Positions 11,736 to 25,073 of a stretch of DNA of 64,000 nt are shown here, in pieces (within the stretch, counting starts at the first letter, position 1; every line of letters starts with the position of its first letter). Below the pieces are notes generated by a model. The model saw nothing but the letters and a program-made list of their open reading frames with translations. It was not told the origin of the DNA and searched no databases. This DNA is from Macrostomum hystrix (taxonomy: Eukaryota; Animalia; Platyhelminthes): NCBI GenBank assembly GCA_950097015.1, contig CATNEN010000033.1, positions 930,001 to 994,000 on the forward strand, read 5' to 3'. The position numbers and the translations under genes were made by a program.

Positions 11736-14700
11736 ATCTACCTAAAACCTTCCACATCTAATTAAAAGCTTTCACATCTAATTAAAAATTTGCACATCTA
11801 ACTAATACCAACGTCTATAGCCTATTTGAAACGCTGCTGTAGCTGACACAGGCCAATTCTCATGCTAAATCTACACTGCATGTCAACTGGGCATTTCAAC
11901 AGCCCTTCAAGAAGAGTTAGGAGCCGACGAACATTTTACCTATCAAGGTCAGCCTTAGTGATGTTAGTCGCCCTGACTGTCCCAGACATTCCTCATCTAA
12001 TCAATATCCGTGCTGAGCTGGCTGCTTGAGCATGCTAATCCGGACTATTGACAGAGGGCCGACTGTATTTGAGAGGCTCAGAATGGCTTCTCCCTCGGAT
12101 ACTAGAAATAGCTTCTGTTTGTTATGTTTTCAGAGCTATGTAGGGGAATTATGCAACCAGAATAGATAATAGATAAAGAAATAGAAACCCATTCATTCAA
12201 AATCACTAAGATAAGACTTCTAAATAATCCTCTATGTATGCCTTTGGGAAATTTGTCCCAAAAGCGAAATCGAATTCAGTTTAGCCAGATTGGCTGACTA
12301 ATGCGGAAACCCTCGGACAAATATGAGTCGTTCTGAGGGGTTATGTAATCGCCCAACCTTGCCCCTAGTAGAGAAGCCAAATCTATATATCGGGCCAGAT
12401 CGAAAAGTCTGGAAATCTTAAATCAAGGAAGTTAAGAGGCGCGATGAGAATTTTCCTAAAGGGTGGAATCTTACTGAATGTTACTTTGAATGCGGATTTT
12501 AAGAGCTGTTTGCCTTATACAGATTAGTCTGGGAGTGTTAATGCATAACGCTTCCTTGATTCAATTAAAAATTTTAATGGGTCAAGAAGGCCTCTTGAAA
12601 GGTTCAAATATGTTTCATGGATCAAGATTGCTGGTCACACGTTTGAGTGGTCAAATTCGATCAAAATCACTAGAGATTTAAGCGCGACGTATTATATAAC
12701 ATAAGAATAAATTAGCTCTTTGGTCAACTTTATTCAGCAACATGCGCTTCTTGAATGGCACAGGTTAGGTAATTCAGGCTCAGCGCTGCTGTCAAGTGGC
12801 AAATACGAAATCAAGGGTTTACATTTAAATGTGCTGCTGCAAGTGGAAGGTTGTTCTTTTAGTCCCATGACTAAAAATCGCTTGTAAATAACAATTACAC
12901 GTAAATATTGTTTGATGAATATTTATATAATACCGTTATACAGACAGAGTGACAGGAACACGAGAAAATTCCAGAAACCATGCTTAATACTGTAAATAGT
13001 CAGAAAATATCCTCATGAATTTTCCGTTCTATATTCAGTTATCTAAAAATGGAAAGCAGAGTCATTTTTATTATTGGTATAACCCAAGGACCACTGGTAC
13101 TAGCGGCAAGGACCTACTTTTGTAGCCCTTGACTAATGGTCCTTCCTAAACATTGCCCTAATCAAGACACGACATCCTCATGACAAGACATGACTCTATA
13201 ATCTATATCAATCTACCAATTTAACGAATCGTCAGGGGGTCATTTGTACACTATAAAACATGCATAAACAAATTAAACAAGACAGTACAGAAAGTAAAAA
13301 GTTTGGCTTCATTTTCATTGGATTTTTTTTTTGTGTGTGTCATATAGTGCACACAAATTACTGAACATAATTACCCATGCATGGTCATGCAGCTTTTTTT
13401 ACCCGGATATCGTTTCTAACAAAAGAGTTAAATATTTTGTAAGAATTTTGATGTTCATTAATGAATCCTGTACTAATTCTATAAAAACTAATTAAAAATC
13501 TAGAAGGTAAACTTTTAATATAAAAGTATACTTCATGATTATCCCTGATCCCTGATTTGAAACTTCGTGGGAAAATTTCCCAGGAAGCGGTTGCTGTACA
13601 GTGAGTGTGCCCTGGGCCTGGCCTGGGGTAAGATCCTAAGAGCCCTCACCCGGCTGAAGCGCAGGTGTCGGGTTTTTCCCCGGTTCTATTTCCCTGTTTC
13701 TGTTTCTATTTCTACTGTGCTTATGGGATGCGACTACTTACTAGCAGATTATTAACTAAGCACAATTGGTTAGAGCCTATTGGTAGAGGTATTGAGCCGA
13801 GACTAGTTAAAGCAATAGAGAGAAATCCTAGCTAATACTAAAAATATTTAATGAACGGTTTAAAAGAATACCACATATCTTGATGTTGATATTAAACAAA
13901 CTGCTACTTACTCTATCGAAGGGCCGATAGGCATCTTTACTTTTGAATACCAATAGACTGTATATGGATACATTTTGTATTATATAGTATGTAAACACAG
14001 TTATAATTTCTATGCTTTGCTATATGCATATATACACATACATATACATGCATATATAGATTAGCTTTTTAGCCAGACCAGGGCTTTCTCTACATGGCTA
14101 GTGTAGCTAAAGTAGTATAATCTATACCATACCCCAAATGAATAGATATTTATAGTCTTAAATTAAATTGTATCCTTTGTTGTTTGCACTAGAGGCTCAA
14201 CCAAAATAAAAAATCAGAACTTCTAAATCTAAGTTATGCGACATAATTTTTATACCTATGTTAGCTACCATTTTGTAATGTAGGGCCTAGTCACTGTGTT
14301 TTGACTTTGGCCTTATTAAGACCTAGCTTCTACAGCTAGCCAAGCAGGCAAGCAAGCTAGTTAAGTTGTTTTGTGTTAGAACTAATAATTGGCTATAGTC
14401 AATGCTCATATATTGGGTTCTGTATGATTTTAAATCTCACTGATGTCACCAAAGTTGTCCTAGGGGTAATTTACTATTCTTGTTTTATTTCCACAATGTG
14501 ACCAGACTAAAGTTGTATAAGGCTATATCTTATCTTATCTATTTGACAAAATTGTAGTTATATGCCTACTTAGAATATGGTTTTTAATAATTTCTGAGTC
14601 TTTATGACAAATGCTTAACAGTGCTTCTTAGTATATTATTCATAATTGTGTTACTGATTTATTTATTGCTATGTAGTCTATTAGGCTACTGTATATGATT

Positions 14701-15800
14701 TCCCAGTCAGATTCCAGTGAATTTCTGCTTCCAGTGATTCAGAGGGTCATGGCTTCTTTTAGTAATTTTGTCAATGTATAACTCTAAGTTTAGATAAGTT
14801 AGAAGATACATGCTTCTGATTTTTATTTCTTTGTAATTATCTTGTATTTTACTTAAGTTTAGTGTTATTTTATTCTGTGTCAGTATATTTGTATATCAAC
14901 GTCTCTTGAATAGAAAAATAATTGCAACACTTTAACACAAATCATTCTCTCTTTATTGAAAAACTTGCTTTTATACTCAATCTGAATTTCTTTATTATTA
15001 TTTGAACATGAAGGTGCAAACAACATTGCTTTTCCTTCTCAAATCTTATGTCTATTTATACCTTTTCAGTCTTGATTTTTAATAAATGAGCACTGCAATA
15101 TTGTGGAAATATGATAATTGAAACAAAAAGATTTTTTGGTATTGACACAAATGTTACTTTTATTATAAGTTGGAATTAAATTTGTTTTATTACAAAGAGA
15201 AAGATTATTTATTTTACATTTTAAAAAGTGTTTAATTTTTACAAAAATATTAGACTTGGCATGATACTCTTTCTTGAGCTAATTTTCTTAATTTCAGTTA
15301 CAACTTGTTTATTTACTTTTTCATATTTTATCCATTGCAGCCTAGGCTATATGTTCTTACTCGGCCTAATAAGCCCACTTAAATAATAAGCAGTCTATGC
15401 ATATTAAAAAGTTTTCTACCCACTATAAAATTCTAAACTTTTTGTTGTAGTAAATTAGAAATATTCAGCACATTGCTAGCTAGACAATACAATTGATTAA
15501 TTATTTATTGTTTATTTTATATATTATATATGCAATAGAATAGATAAGACTTGTTGGCTTTTTGTTTAAATTATATTAATGAGAGCTGAAGCTAAACCCA
15601 GTGTCAGCTTCTGCTGCAACTTTGATGGCAAAGCAGCTGACGCCAACCCCATGCTTTAAGAATTAAATGTTGAAGTTTTAGTAGCCTTTTTAAACTATCA
15701 TTTCCAGCTTCAGTTTAAATATTTTGACACATCTGACTGAGGCCACAGCCTAGGGCCTTGCTACTAGGCTACATTGTGTATTGCAAGTGCATTTAAAAAC

Positions 15801-17778
15801 ATGGTGTCTAATGGCGAAGCTGGTAACTATAGTGAAACAACTAGCCAGCTGTTTCAAGAGCACCTGGCCACCTTGTTTGACATCCTGTCAGATGGAGAGT
15901 CAACTGTGTCTACACCAAGCCTCATCCAACTCTGGCAGCTATCTGACTATGCCGTGTCTTTTGCTTTGATTGATGCATTTCAAAAGTACTCTGGCTATGA
16001 TAATCGACTTGGATTCGAGCAGTTCAGTGAAGCTGTGCGGCACTGTTTGGCCTCCTGCGAGCCCTATGCGGCTGCTGCTGATGCTTATGCTAACGCTGTC
16101 CAGCTAGATGCAGGCACTGCTAACAATGTTGCAGACAGTGCTGCTGCTGCTTCAGCTGCTTCAGAAAGTGGCTATCGAACATATGATAGCAGGTAAATAC
16201 TATCTACTTGTTTTGATCCACAATGCCTCAGAATCATGAGAATATCTATTGAACTATTACCTCACCATCCGCAGCCATTCTCTGGAGCCTGCTGCGCCAC
16301 CGTTGCCGGTCCCGAAGCACGCGCCCCACAGGCCGCCCCTTCGAGTGCACAGCGACAGCGGCGTTCTCGATCGAGAGTTCGACGGCCGGCCGAGGCCGCT
16401 GCGGCCGCCCGACTACGAGACCTACATTAACAACTCGCTTGATTGGGGCGCCGGCGGCAGCGGTGGCAGGCGGAGTCGGTTCAAGCCGCCCGTGCCACCA
16501 AGAATGTCGACGGCCAGCTGCGGCAACAGCAGCGCCCAGAGCTCTCCGTCGGTTCCTCCAGCGGAGGTGGCAACTGCCACTACTGACTTGGTCGACGGTC
16601 CGGACGGGGATGAATACGAGACTTTGATTGGTCTTTCGATTTCCGCGTCAAGAGGACCTCCGCCATTGCCGCCGCCGCCTGCCAACCGGTCTTCGTCGCT
16701 GATGCCAGCGCAGCCGCAGCCGGCAGCCAAAGAGCGGCATCGGGCTCGCTCACCCATGAAGCGGCTGATGCAGGCCTTCACTAGACCCCTGTCTCGTTCG
16801 CAGTCGTTTCGTCTGTCTCGACCGACTGCATCGACAGCTCCGCAGCAGCCTCCACCGCCGCCGCCGCCACCAGTTTCAAACAATATGCTTACTCATCATC
16901 AGCAGCAGCAGCAACAGCCGTTGCTAACAAAGTTCGCCAGTTTCGTAGAAAATCCGGACAGGTTCAGTGGCAGTTATCACGCGCGAGGCGCGCTGCTCCG
17001 CGAACGACTGCGCTGCGTCAGACAGGTGAGCGGTGGCAGATGTGCAAGCCTTTAGGTTCTTCTTTCCAGCAATGACCCCACAGGAAAATAGCAATGACTG
17101 CCCTAATATAATAATAATAATTGCAGGAGGGCTGCGGGCAGCGGCAAATCATTTAATGACAGGACACCCGCAGCCAGCGAGGAGGCAATTCTGCACATTT
17201 CGCTGACTCCTGAGCACACACGCACACAGATACTGTACACAGGCATCTGCCCTGACTTTCTCATTGTCAGGCAGTGTACACTTCACTGTGCCTTGAGCAA
17301 ACTAGAAGGGAACAATGACCACCCAAGCAAACTAGAAGGGAACAATGACCACCCAAGCAAACTAGAAGGGGACAATGACCACCCAAGCAAAGATGAAGGG
17401 CAGGATAATGGCAATGAACATCCTAGCCTCCTAGAACAGGCAAATCGGGAGATAAAACCCTGAAACCGCTCGCTAACAATCGCGCATTGCGTATAAACTC
17501 AGGCCTACGAATGTGTGGAGGCCTGTCGGCAGTCGCTAGTTGCCCAGATCGCCGATCTGCAGTCCCAGCTGGCCGGCTGTCCCTCCGCCGAGGCGTCTAT
17601 CCCCGCCGTCGCATCAAATTATTCGTCTCCTTCTGCGACCAATCTATCGCCGACTTCAGCGACAACGGCGGCGGCAGCCGGTCGATTACTGGCAGATCAG
17701 GAGGCTCGCATTCAGCGCCTGGAGCGGGAGAAATCCCACCTGCTGCGCACCCTGCTGCAGACTCGGGCTTTGGACTGA
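15801..17778 (+). CDS. SAPCD2: Suppressor APC domain-containing protein 2 (p42.3/C9orf140) homolog
   Basis: Exons 15801-16192 (AG|GTAAAT, phase 2), 16275-17025 (ccgcag|C; CAG|GTGAGC, phase 0) and 17503-17778 (actcag|GCC). The N-terminus LFQEHLATLFDILSD...LWQ...LGFEQFSEAVRHCL matches, from memory, human SAPCD2 AFLQSLRTLFDILDD...RWQ...LTFERFVAGLRTSL. The C-terminus EARIQRLEREKSHLLRTLLQTRAL matches SERITQLEQEKSALIKQLFEARAL. Confidence 0.8.
17168..17293 (-). mobile_element. SINE family 2 body fragment in SAPCD2 intron
   Basis: GCAGCCAGCGAGGAGGCAATTCTGCACATTTCGCTGACTCCTGAGCACACACGCACACAG is nearly identical to 61620-61680. Confidence 0.75.
17294..17395. repeat. 30-bp tandem repeat, ~3 copies (CAAGCAAACTAGAAGGGAACAATGACCACC)
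   Basis: Seen directly. Confidence 0.85.
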
Positions 17779-19295
17779 CGAAAATCCCATAAAAATTACC
17801 CTGGGGATTCTAGAGCTTTGGGTTGACATACCCTTAGCCCTCTATCTAAAGCTGTCTTCTATAAGTGCCTAAGGAAACAGGCCGTATATACTATTTACTA
17901 GTAATCAACTAGCAGAATACTTTTTAATTGCCTACTTTTGCACTTTACTAGCCTATCATCAATGCTAACATATAGTCTATATAAAATGCAGCTATTCTTC
18001 TTGTGAATAGAGATGGGCAGTTTTACCTATCGCGACTTTTTGAAATTTGGTTACCTCAATAATCAAACCAGCACAAATTGCATTGTTTTTCATCTTTCCC
18101 CAAATTATGCTTCTAGTTATGTGTCAAAAGCATCGTTACACTGAGCCTTATCTGCGAAAGTACTTAGCAATAATCATGGTTTTTTATCAATCTCTCAGTT
18201 CAGAAGCAATACGTTTTTTTGTTTTTTTTCTTATAAAACGTGCGGTCTCTCTCTGTACAGTTATAGTTTTTCTAAATCAGTTTAAAGTGATCCCAATGCC
18301 AATTTGTTTGTTTATGGCTGTTCATAGCAAGATCATTTTAATCAATAAAATAATGAGGTCCATTGAGTGACCGCAACACGTGACTTGTAGTTTAAGTCCT
18401 ACACGAAACAGAAATTGTTCATTCCTCAATGTATGCTAGGTGGCTGTTATGAAGCGCATTTGTGTGTATTCTTTAGTTTCAATAGGCAGCCGAGCTTTGG
18501 CACTGACACATAATAAATAATATTGTGTAATAAACAATTTGACAGTGGGACCTTAAAGCACTTTGCTCATAAACAGATAGATAGTTGTTTGATCTGCGGA
18601 CATAATTTGTGGAATAAAAAGATAAATTATAAAAGCGGCAACAAAGAACTGAACAATCTCTTGAGTGAGGAACTAGAACAACTAACTACTAGAGTAGAGT
18701 GCAATACATACTATTGGCGGATACATACATTGTCAATTAGTCTAGGGCCAAAACACAAGGAGAGAAGATTCGAATGCTAATATAATCCTAACAGGGCATA
18801 TGATGTCTTTCAACATTTATTGAATAGTATAAATTGTAGAATATATTGAGTAGAATAGAAACTAAGCAGACCGGGTTTAAATAGAGGATGCGGAGTGAGA
18901 ACCGACGATGGAGCATGAGTAGCGGCATTTTTTTAAAAACAAATCTAATAAACAAAGAAGTTTAACTAATAAAGCAACTATTCAGCAGACATTAGAACAG
19001 ATAAGAGTGCTGTTTATAATTTGTAAACTAGCACAAAATATGCTAACTATTGCATGCTACAGACTCAAATTTCTTCGTCATTTTGAGCTAAAAATATGGT
19101 TAGCAAGAGAGACTATTTTAGCAATGACATAAGATTTCAGTTTAAAGTTCAACGGCTTTTTGTTTGAATGATTCCTTTTGGAAAGAAATTCACTTAAGTT
19201 CGTTCAGGCAATTAGAGATTTAGGAGCGCCAGAATAGAATATAGAATTAGAATAATCTTCCCAGATGTATGGATATTCTGTCCAGCACGACTGAC

Positions 19296-22238
19296 TCAGA
19301 GCTTGCACAGACAAAAGAATAACGGCAGAGCGGCTGCCACAGCGATGAGCACAGGCAGCAGGGCCGTGGACGCGGGGTCCGCCTGGTAGGGATCCGAGGC
19401 CTTGGGCCCGGACACCTTCCGCTTGCGCCTGTTGGCCTCCTCCTCTTCGGCCGAGGCGGCCGCCGGCGCCGGATCGTGCGCCGCGTCAGGCAGCGGCTGG
19501 TCCAGGTCGCCGCTATCGCCGACGGGCGGCTGCTGACCGGCGCTGGGCAGCGGTGGCAGCCGGGGAGCCTCGTCGATGCCGCCTGAATCAAGTTGGATTT
19601 CTTCACGAATTGGCTGACCGTAACACGAAAATTGGCCAGGGCGTGGCAGCCCCCGAATTCTAGATTCTACTCACCCTTGAGCAGCACAATGGCGTTAATC
19701 TTCGGATTATCCCGCTCGCCCTTGACAAACTCCAGCGATAGACGGCTATCAATCTGGGAGGCGTCGCTGCCTACAAACAGGCGGTCGCCCTTTACCCGGA
19801 ATGGAATAAGCTCCTCGTGCGCAACGCCGCGACCTACTCGAGAGAAGATGTCCAGGCCGGAGACAATGACATGCTCGCTGTTGAGCATCACATCGAATAC
19901 CTGGCGTAAATAACATAAAAAATAATTGTATTGCACATAGTTAAGGCAAATATTTCGAGCTGTTGCATCAAAAGATAAAAAGAAAACATTACTTTTGCCC
20001 TTTTGTGGAAAAACACAACTTTCATTATTGAAAAATGTTTTGCAGAATGACTTAACCAAAAAATCTTAAACCACTTAATTATATAATCAATATTATTAAA
20101 GTTTGATTCTGATCAAATGAATGGATATTGGTTGCAGAACAGATAAACTAAAGAAACTATTTATCTGTGTAACTAAGTGATTATAGGCTCTTTATATGCT
20201 GAAAAGATAGGTACCATTTATTAAAAATTATAATATTATTATATATATCTATTATATATTTATTGTTTTGTGGTAATGTAGCTCGCTTTAAAAGTAGCAA
20301 AGAGCAAACATCAAAACAAACATTGATTCTATTTAAACTACAGACACGTTTTGTCCAAAGCAGACATCTTCAGGGCAAACAAACCAATGAAAAACACAAC
20401 TGAAAATTTATTTAAATTGAATCGAAAAAATATTGATCAAACAAAAACAAACAGAAGGAATTACTATACCTTATAGTTATAGTTATATTACTATAACAAT
20501 AGTAATAGTAACAATAACAATTTATTCAAATCTATATTTAATTAAAAGATTAAAGTTTGTACTTGAAGTTTAGATTTACTTACAAAAAGTATCAAACTGT
20601 ATTGTAGGCTGTAGCTATAGTCAACAGTTAAACATACTATACATGGAGCAATATAAACAAGGCAATTGAAAATATCCTGAATATGAAATATAAATGAGTT
20701 GTTTTTGTAGCTTAGCTTAGTTTAGCTAGATTTAATTTTTACTTGTAAATAAGTAGGGTAATGTATCATCAACCAAACAAGAATGTGTATTTTTTTAACT
20801 TCAAACCTAAGCTACAGATTTTCTATTTAAGATATGATGATAAATCAAAAGCCAAGTTATAGAAAACAGTTACATCTTTCTAAAAAGTATCTGCTTTTGC
20901 TATTTTGACAAATAGAAAAAAATGTTATTCCTGCTTTTTATCTAAAACCGAACAATGATTTTCATGTATCTTCAAACCAAACAGCGAATTTGATGTTTGG
21001 TTTTACTATTTGAGTGAGTGGTTTAATCTTATTTTTAAGGAGTGATCTATCATGAATTATGTCATTTGAAAGCATTTTTCATGCTCTATAAATAACTACA
21101 TTTATGGTCATTTAATTGGCAAGCAACCGCATACAATCTTTGTCTAAAGTACATACTGAAAAAATGTTGTTAAAAAGTATGCTTTTGCAATAAAAATTTC
21201 TACTGAAACATCAATATCTTTTTTTCCTCTTAATGCTTCATTGCACATCATGCCTCAGCTTGTAGATAATTTCTTCAACTTTCAAATTAGTTGTTCTGTG
21301 AAACACAATAGCTTGTTTCTGTCTTGCACGAGACCAAGGAAGGAGTCAAAATTCTTGTTCGGTTTTGAAGATACATTGTTCGGTTGATGATACATTACCC
21401 TAGAATTGCTTTTTCCACAAGTTGTCATCTGAGAAAAGAGATAGAACTAATTTTGAATAAGCAACATTCACTTTTTAAATAGGCCTATCGGATACATAGT
21501 CTGATTAGGCCTAGTGATGAATAGAGTATTAGGTGACAGTAACTAACAGTCAGCATCAATGCTAGCACAAAAAGCAGCAAAGAAGCACAAATAACAATTA
21601 AATTTGAATATCCTAATTATTTCTAAAAGAAAAATGATTTCTTTTTTTGCTTTCACTTCTGCTAATTTTATTGCTTTGTCCAAAAATATACTGTAGACAT
21701 GAAGGCCACATTTGTACTGCCACTTTACCTACTCACATCTGCTTCTTTAATCTATTAATTAAATTTACTGTAAGGTGGACTTAGATGTTAATGTAATGCA
21801 TTATTGTAATCTAAAATAAAAACTAGACTTCTGTTATTGACAAATATCTAGAATTAAAATATTTTAAACTATAATCTGAAAACGAGAAAATATTTTATTT
21901 ACCTTTTGGTTTGGGTTTGCAAACCATACTTCAGAGAACTTGAGAATGAGAACATATTCACCATCACCAGGAAGAGGAAGTTCATAGGTGAAGCTTGATG
22001 TATGATACCTCTCGGTCTGATACAGTATCTGGTCCTGAGCCACGACTCTACCTATTTCCAGGTTTTTTCCATAGTCAGATGCTATTCCAACATTTAATGT
22101 ATCACGTTCATATCGAATTCCATGAATGTCAGTGTGCTCCTGGCCACCACAATTCACTGCATAAATGACATTCAGAGCTTGAACTGAAACACAAGTTGCT
22201 AAAAACAAAAGGCTAACAGATAAAATTAATAATGTCAT
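19296..22238 (-). CDS. MLEC: Malectin (ER di-glucose-binding lectin)
   Basis: Exons 22238-21903 (phase 0), 19900-19675 (phase 1) and 19582-19296. Signal peptide, then VIYAVNCGG, IASDYG, LYQTERY, LKFSEVWF, VFDV, DNPKINAI. The C-terminus SGPKASDPY...LLPVLIAVAAALPLFFCLCKL* matches the malectin tail anchor. Confidence 0.95.
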
Positions 22239-22879
22239 CTCAAAGGCACACAGCAACCTTTCTGAATGAAATGCAGTACGTTATGCTGCTTTCAAGAGTT
22301 TGAAGTGGTTTTTTAAGGTATGTTTTCACACGGTACATCAGCCTTTTCCTGGAAAAATATGAAAACAGAACATCGTCAGCAACGAATTGACTAAAAGAAA
22401 GTGACAATCTTATTTTGTATTTGTGAATGACGTACATGGTTTAAAACAGCATAAGATTTATTAGAATAGAGCTTTTCGCTAACTGCTTTAAGCGAAACTT
22501 TGCATTTTAATGCACTTGCCTGTGTTAGCATTTTATTCTAAGATCGTAGGCGAGCAATCTAGCACTGGTTTAGATTAACACTTTTTTGCCATTTTTGCGA
22601 AATGAGCGAATTGATTGGAAACCAAGGGCTACTTAATCAATCAGGACGGAAAAATAGGCAAATGGCGAATAAAAGAATGCTCGCTTAAATGCTTTGTTCT
22701 ATGGCCAAGCCTCATACAAAAAACACATTTCTTTCATTTAAGTTTTAAATGCAGACGCTAGCTTCTGCATCTGCAGTGACAGTGAAGAGAAGAGAAAAGA
22801 ATCAAAGCGAAATTTAAATTTTTCATTTGCTGACTTCTGCTGATGGATCAGTCGTTGTACGACAGCGCTTGACTGCCAA

Positions 22880-24930
22880 CACGACTCCAACAACAGCGTC
22901 ATGCCGCGATCTGCTGTGAACGGCTCTCGGTTTCGCTGCCCTGGCCTGACGACCCGCGGCTGTGGTTGCGATCGGCAGAGCGATTCAAGCGCGGAATTTT
23001 TACCGTGGTGGACGGCATCCAGCCCAACCTGATCCTCGGCATGGACGCCAGCTCGGACTGCGACATCGCAGGGTGTCGCATGCCTTGGCCATTGACATGA
23101 AGAAAGGCATATCGTACGTCCGCTTCGACAGCAAGGCTTCCTGCAGTAGCCAGCAGCCGAAGGCCAGTTGCCGCAGCTGGTGCCGCAGCGTTCTGCTGGC
23201 TCGCGTGGCGGTCAACACGGAGCTGCAGGCGGGGAGCGAGAAGGTCGTATGGCTCTGGGCGAACACCCACAGCCGAGAGCAGGGTGGTGTTCGAGCCCTG
23301 CAAGGACTTCGTAGCATCCACGGCGGTGGTTCCTGCGCGTGTGCTGACTATCTCGGACGATGGCCGAATCCCCGTCAAGATGTGTATTACCTGACCGAGG
23401 ATCCTATACTGCTGTACATCCTGGACTTTAAAGGTTGCGATGGCCGGGGGACGAGCGACAGCCTCCACACGAGTACGACCTGGGCACGAGGAGCTGCTGC
23501 AGCACAGGATAGAGCTGGAGCCTGGAACGCGGTCGCACAGGCAGGTTCCAAGGAGCACTAGGATTAGAAGGACGGGAAACTACGGGAAACTACGGGAAAC
23601 TATTTTTTTTAAGAAAAAATTCTTTAAAAAAATCATTTTTCATATTTAAATGGTGACAGCTTTTGATTGGAAGCAGATACAAAGCTGTTATTTTGACTTA
23701 ACTTGCCTGAATTTTTACTTTGAATTCCAATACCGAATGTTACAAAGTTTCGTATAACATACAATTTGATCCTCATACGTTTTTTTACTAATAACCTATC
23801 TTAAGTCTAAAACGTAATACACAACAGACTAGTAAAATTAGCTTGACCTTATAGTTGCGTTCCTCTTGCAATTAAGTATGAATTAATTAATATATATTAT
23901 TTATGATGAGCTATTTTTCCTAGCTTTAATAGAAATCAATGCTTATTAAATGTTATAATTTTTAATAACATAATTTTTTTAAATAAATGAACAATTTCTC
24001 AAGAGCTACAAGCTTCATTTAGCTATAGTGTCTCTTTTCGCGAATACCAGTCTTCAATTTTTTTGAAGACGTATAGTTTCAAAGAAACGTAGTTCCCGTC
24101 CTTCTCCTAGTGGTCCTTGGCAGGTTCAGCGACGACTGCCTATGTCCGTTCGAGTCCATGTGGACAAAAAGATCGGACAGCGGCTTCATCGAGCTGATCG
24201 ATGTCTCCTTGGCCAGCAGCCCAGCAACCTCCTGGTGGTGCGCAAGAAGAAAGGCGACATCCGGCTCTGCACCGACTGGCGACAGCTGAACGACCGCAAG
24301 CCATGGACGCACAGGTCGCCACCATCGACTGCCGGCAGGGTTATACATGTACATCAGGAGGTTTTGGCGGATAAAAGAGAATTCCAATTCTACTCCACCC
24401 GCGGCCTGATGCAGTTTCGCTAGATGGGCTTCGATCCGGATGTGCAACGCCCCATGCCCCATGCAGCGACATTCCAGCGCCTTATGTAGCTCGCATATCC
24501 TGCATGCTTACATTGACGAGCGCATCATCGTCTTCAGCAGCTGCGAGGCAGCAGGCTCAAGCTGCACAGGGCAGAGTATCAAGCTGGTCACGGCATTAAG
24601 CCGGTCATCCCGAGCCACCTAAGGCCGCACTTTTAGCAGGAGGTGCAGCGACCAGAGCGGCCACCTGTGTTAACAGGATCAGGATGGTGGCGAGGCTGGG
24701 GAAGCGCTGCTGGTGGCCAGGTCTGCGGCGGGGTGGCAAAGCTGGGCCGTCTACCTAACAAGGCGACAAGAGTCAGACCAAGCCGCAGCGGGCACCGCTG
24801 CAGACGAGCCAGCGAACAGCGCCTTGGCAGCAAGTACAGATGCAGATTGGCTTAAAGGCCCGCTGCCGCGCACAACGGATGGCAAGGCCTGTACTTGGTG
24901 CCTTAAATCTTCGAGGCAGCAAGTGAAGTG
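22880..24930 (+). mobile_element. Degenerate Ty3/Gypsy pol remnant (protease and RT), interrupted by a MITE
   Basis: Frameshifted motifs AVNGSRFRCPG and TVVDGIQPNLILGMDA (protease end). RT motifs LLVVRKKKGDIRLCTDWRQLN, TRGLMQFR*MGF, ATFQRLM* and AYIDERIIVFS. Many stops and frameshifts; no LTR found. Confidence 0.75.
23549..24119. mobile_element. 571-bp non-autonomous DNA transposon (MITE) with CAAGG...CCTTG termini and 8-bp TSD (hAT- or P-like)
   Basis: Imperfect ~35-bp TIRs (CAAGGA[G/C]CACTAGGA..AGAAGGACGGGAA.CTACG). Perfect TSD GCAGGTTC at 23541-23548 and 24120-24127. AT-rich non-coding interior. Confidence 0.85.
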
Positions 24931-25073
24931 ATTTTTTACTCCTCAATAAACTTTCTTTACTATTGCTGCTATTGCGCTGATTATATGATATACTCTGACC
25001 TGTTGCTTTCTAATAATTGATAACTATACAAATTATCACGGCCTTGAACATAATGAATCATGATTGTTTACTA

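Noticed and set aside
13570-13700. GC-rich island with donor-like GTGAGT/GTAAGA as first exon of SAPCD2
   Set aside because: Plausible, but nothing in the sequence alone links it to the acceptor near 15713; needs RNA data.
18047-18780. AT-rich ORFs 18047..18370 and 18523..18780
   Set aside because: No recognisable motif, atypical composition, and they lie between convergent 3' ends.
22899-23561. 199-219-aa ORFs as host genes
   Set aside because: They overlap frameshifted Gypsy protease motifs and are cut by a MITE; interpreted as TE decay.
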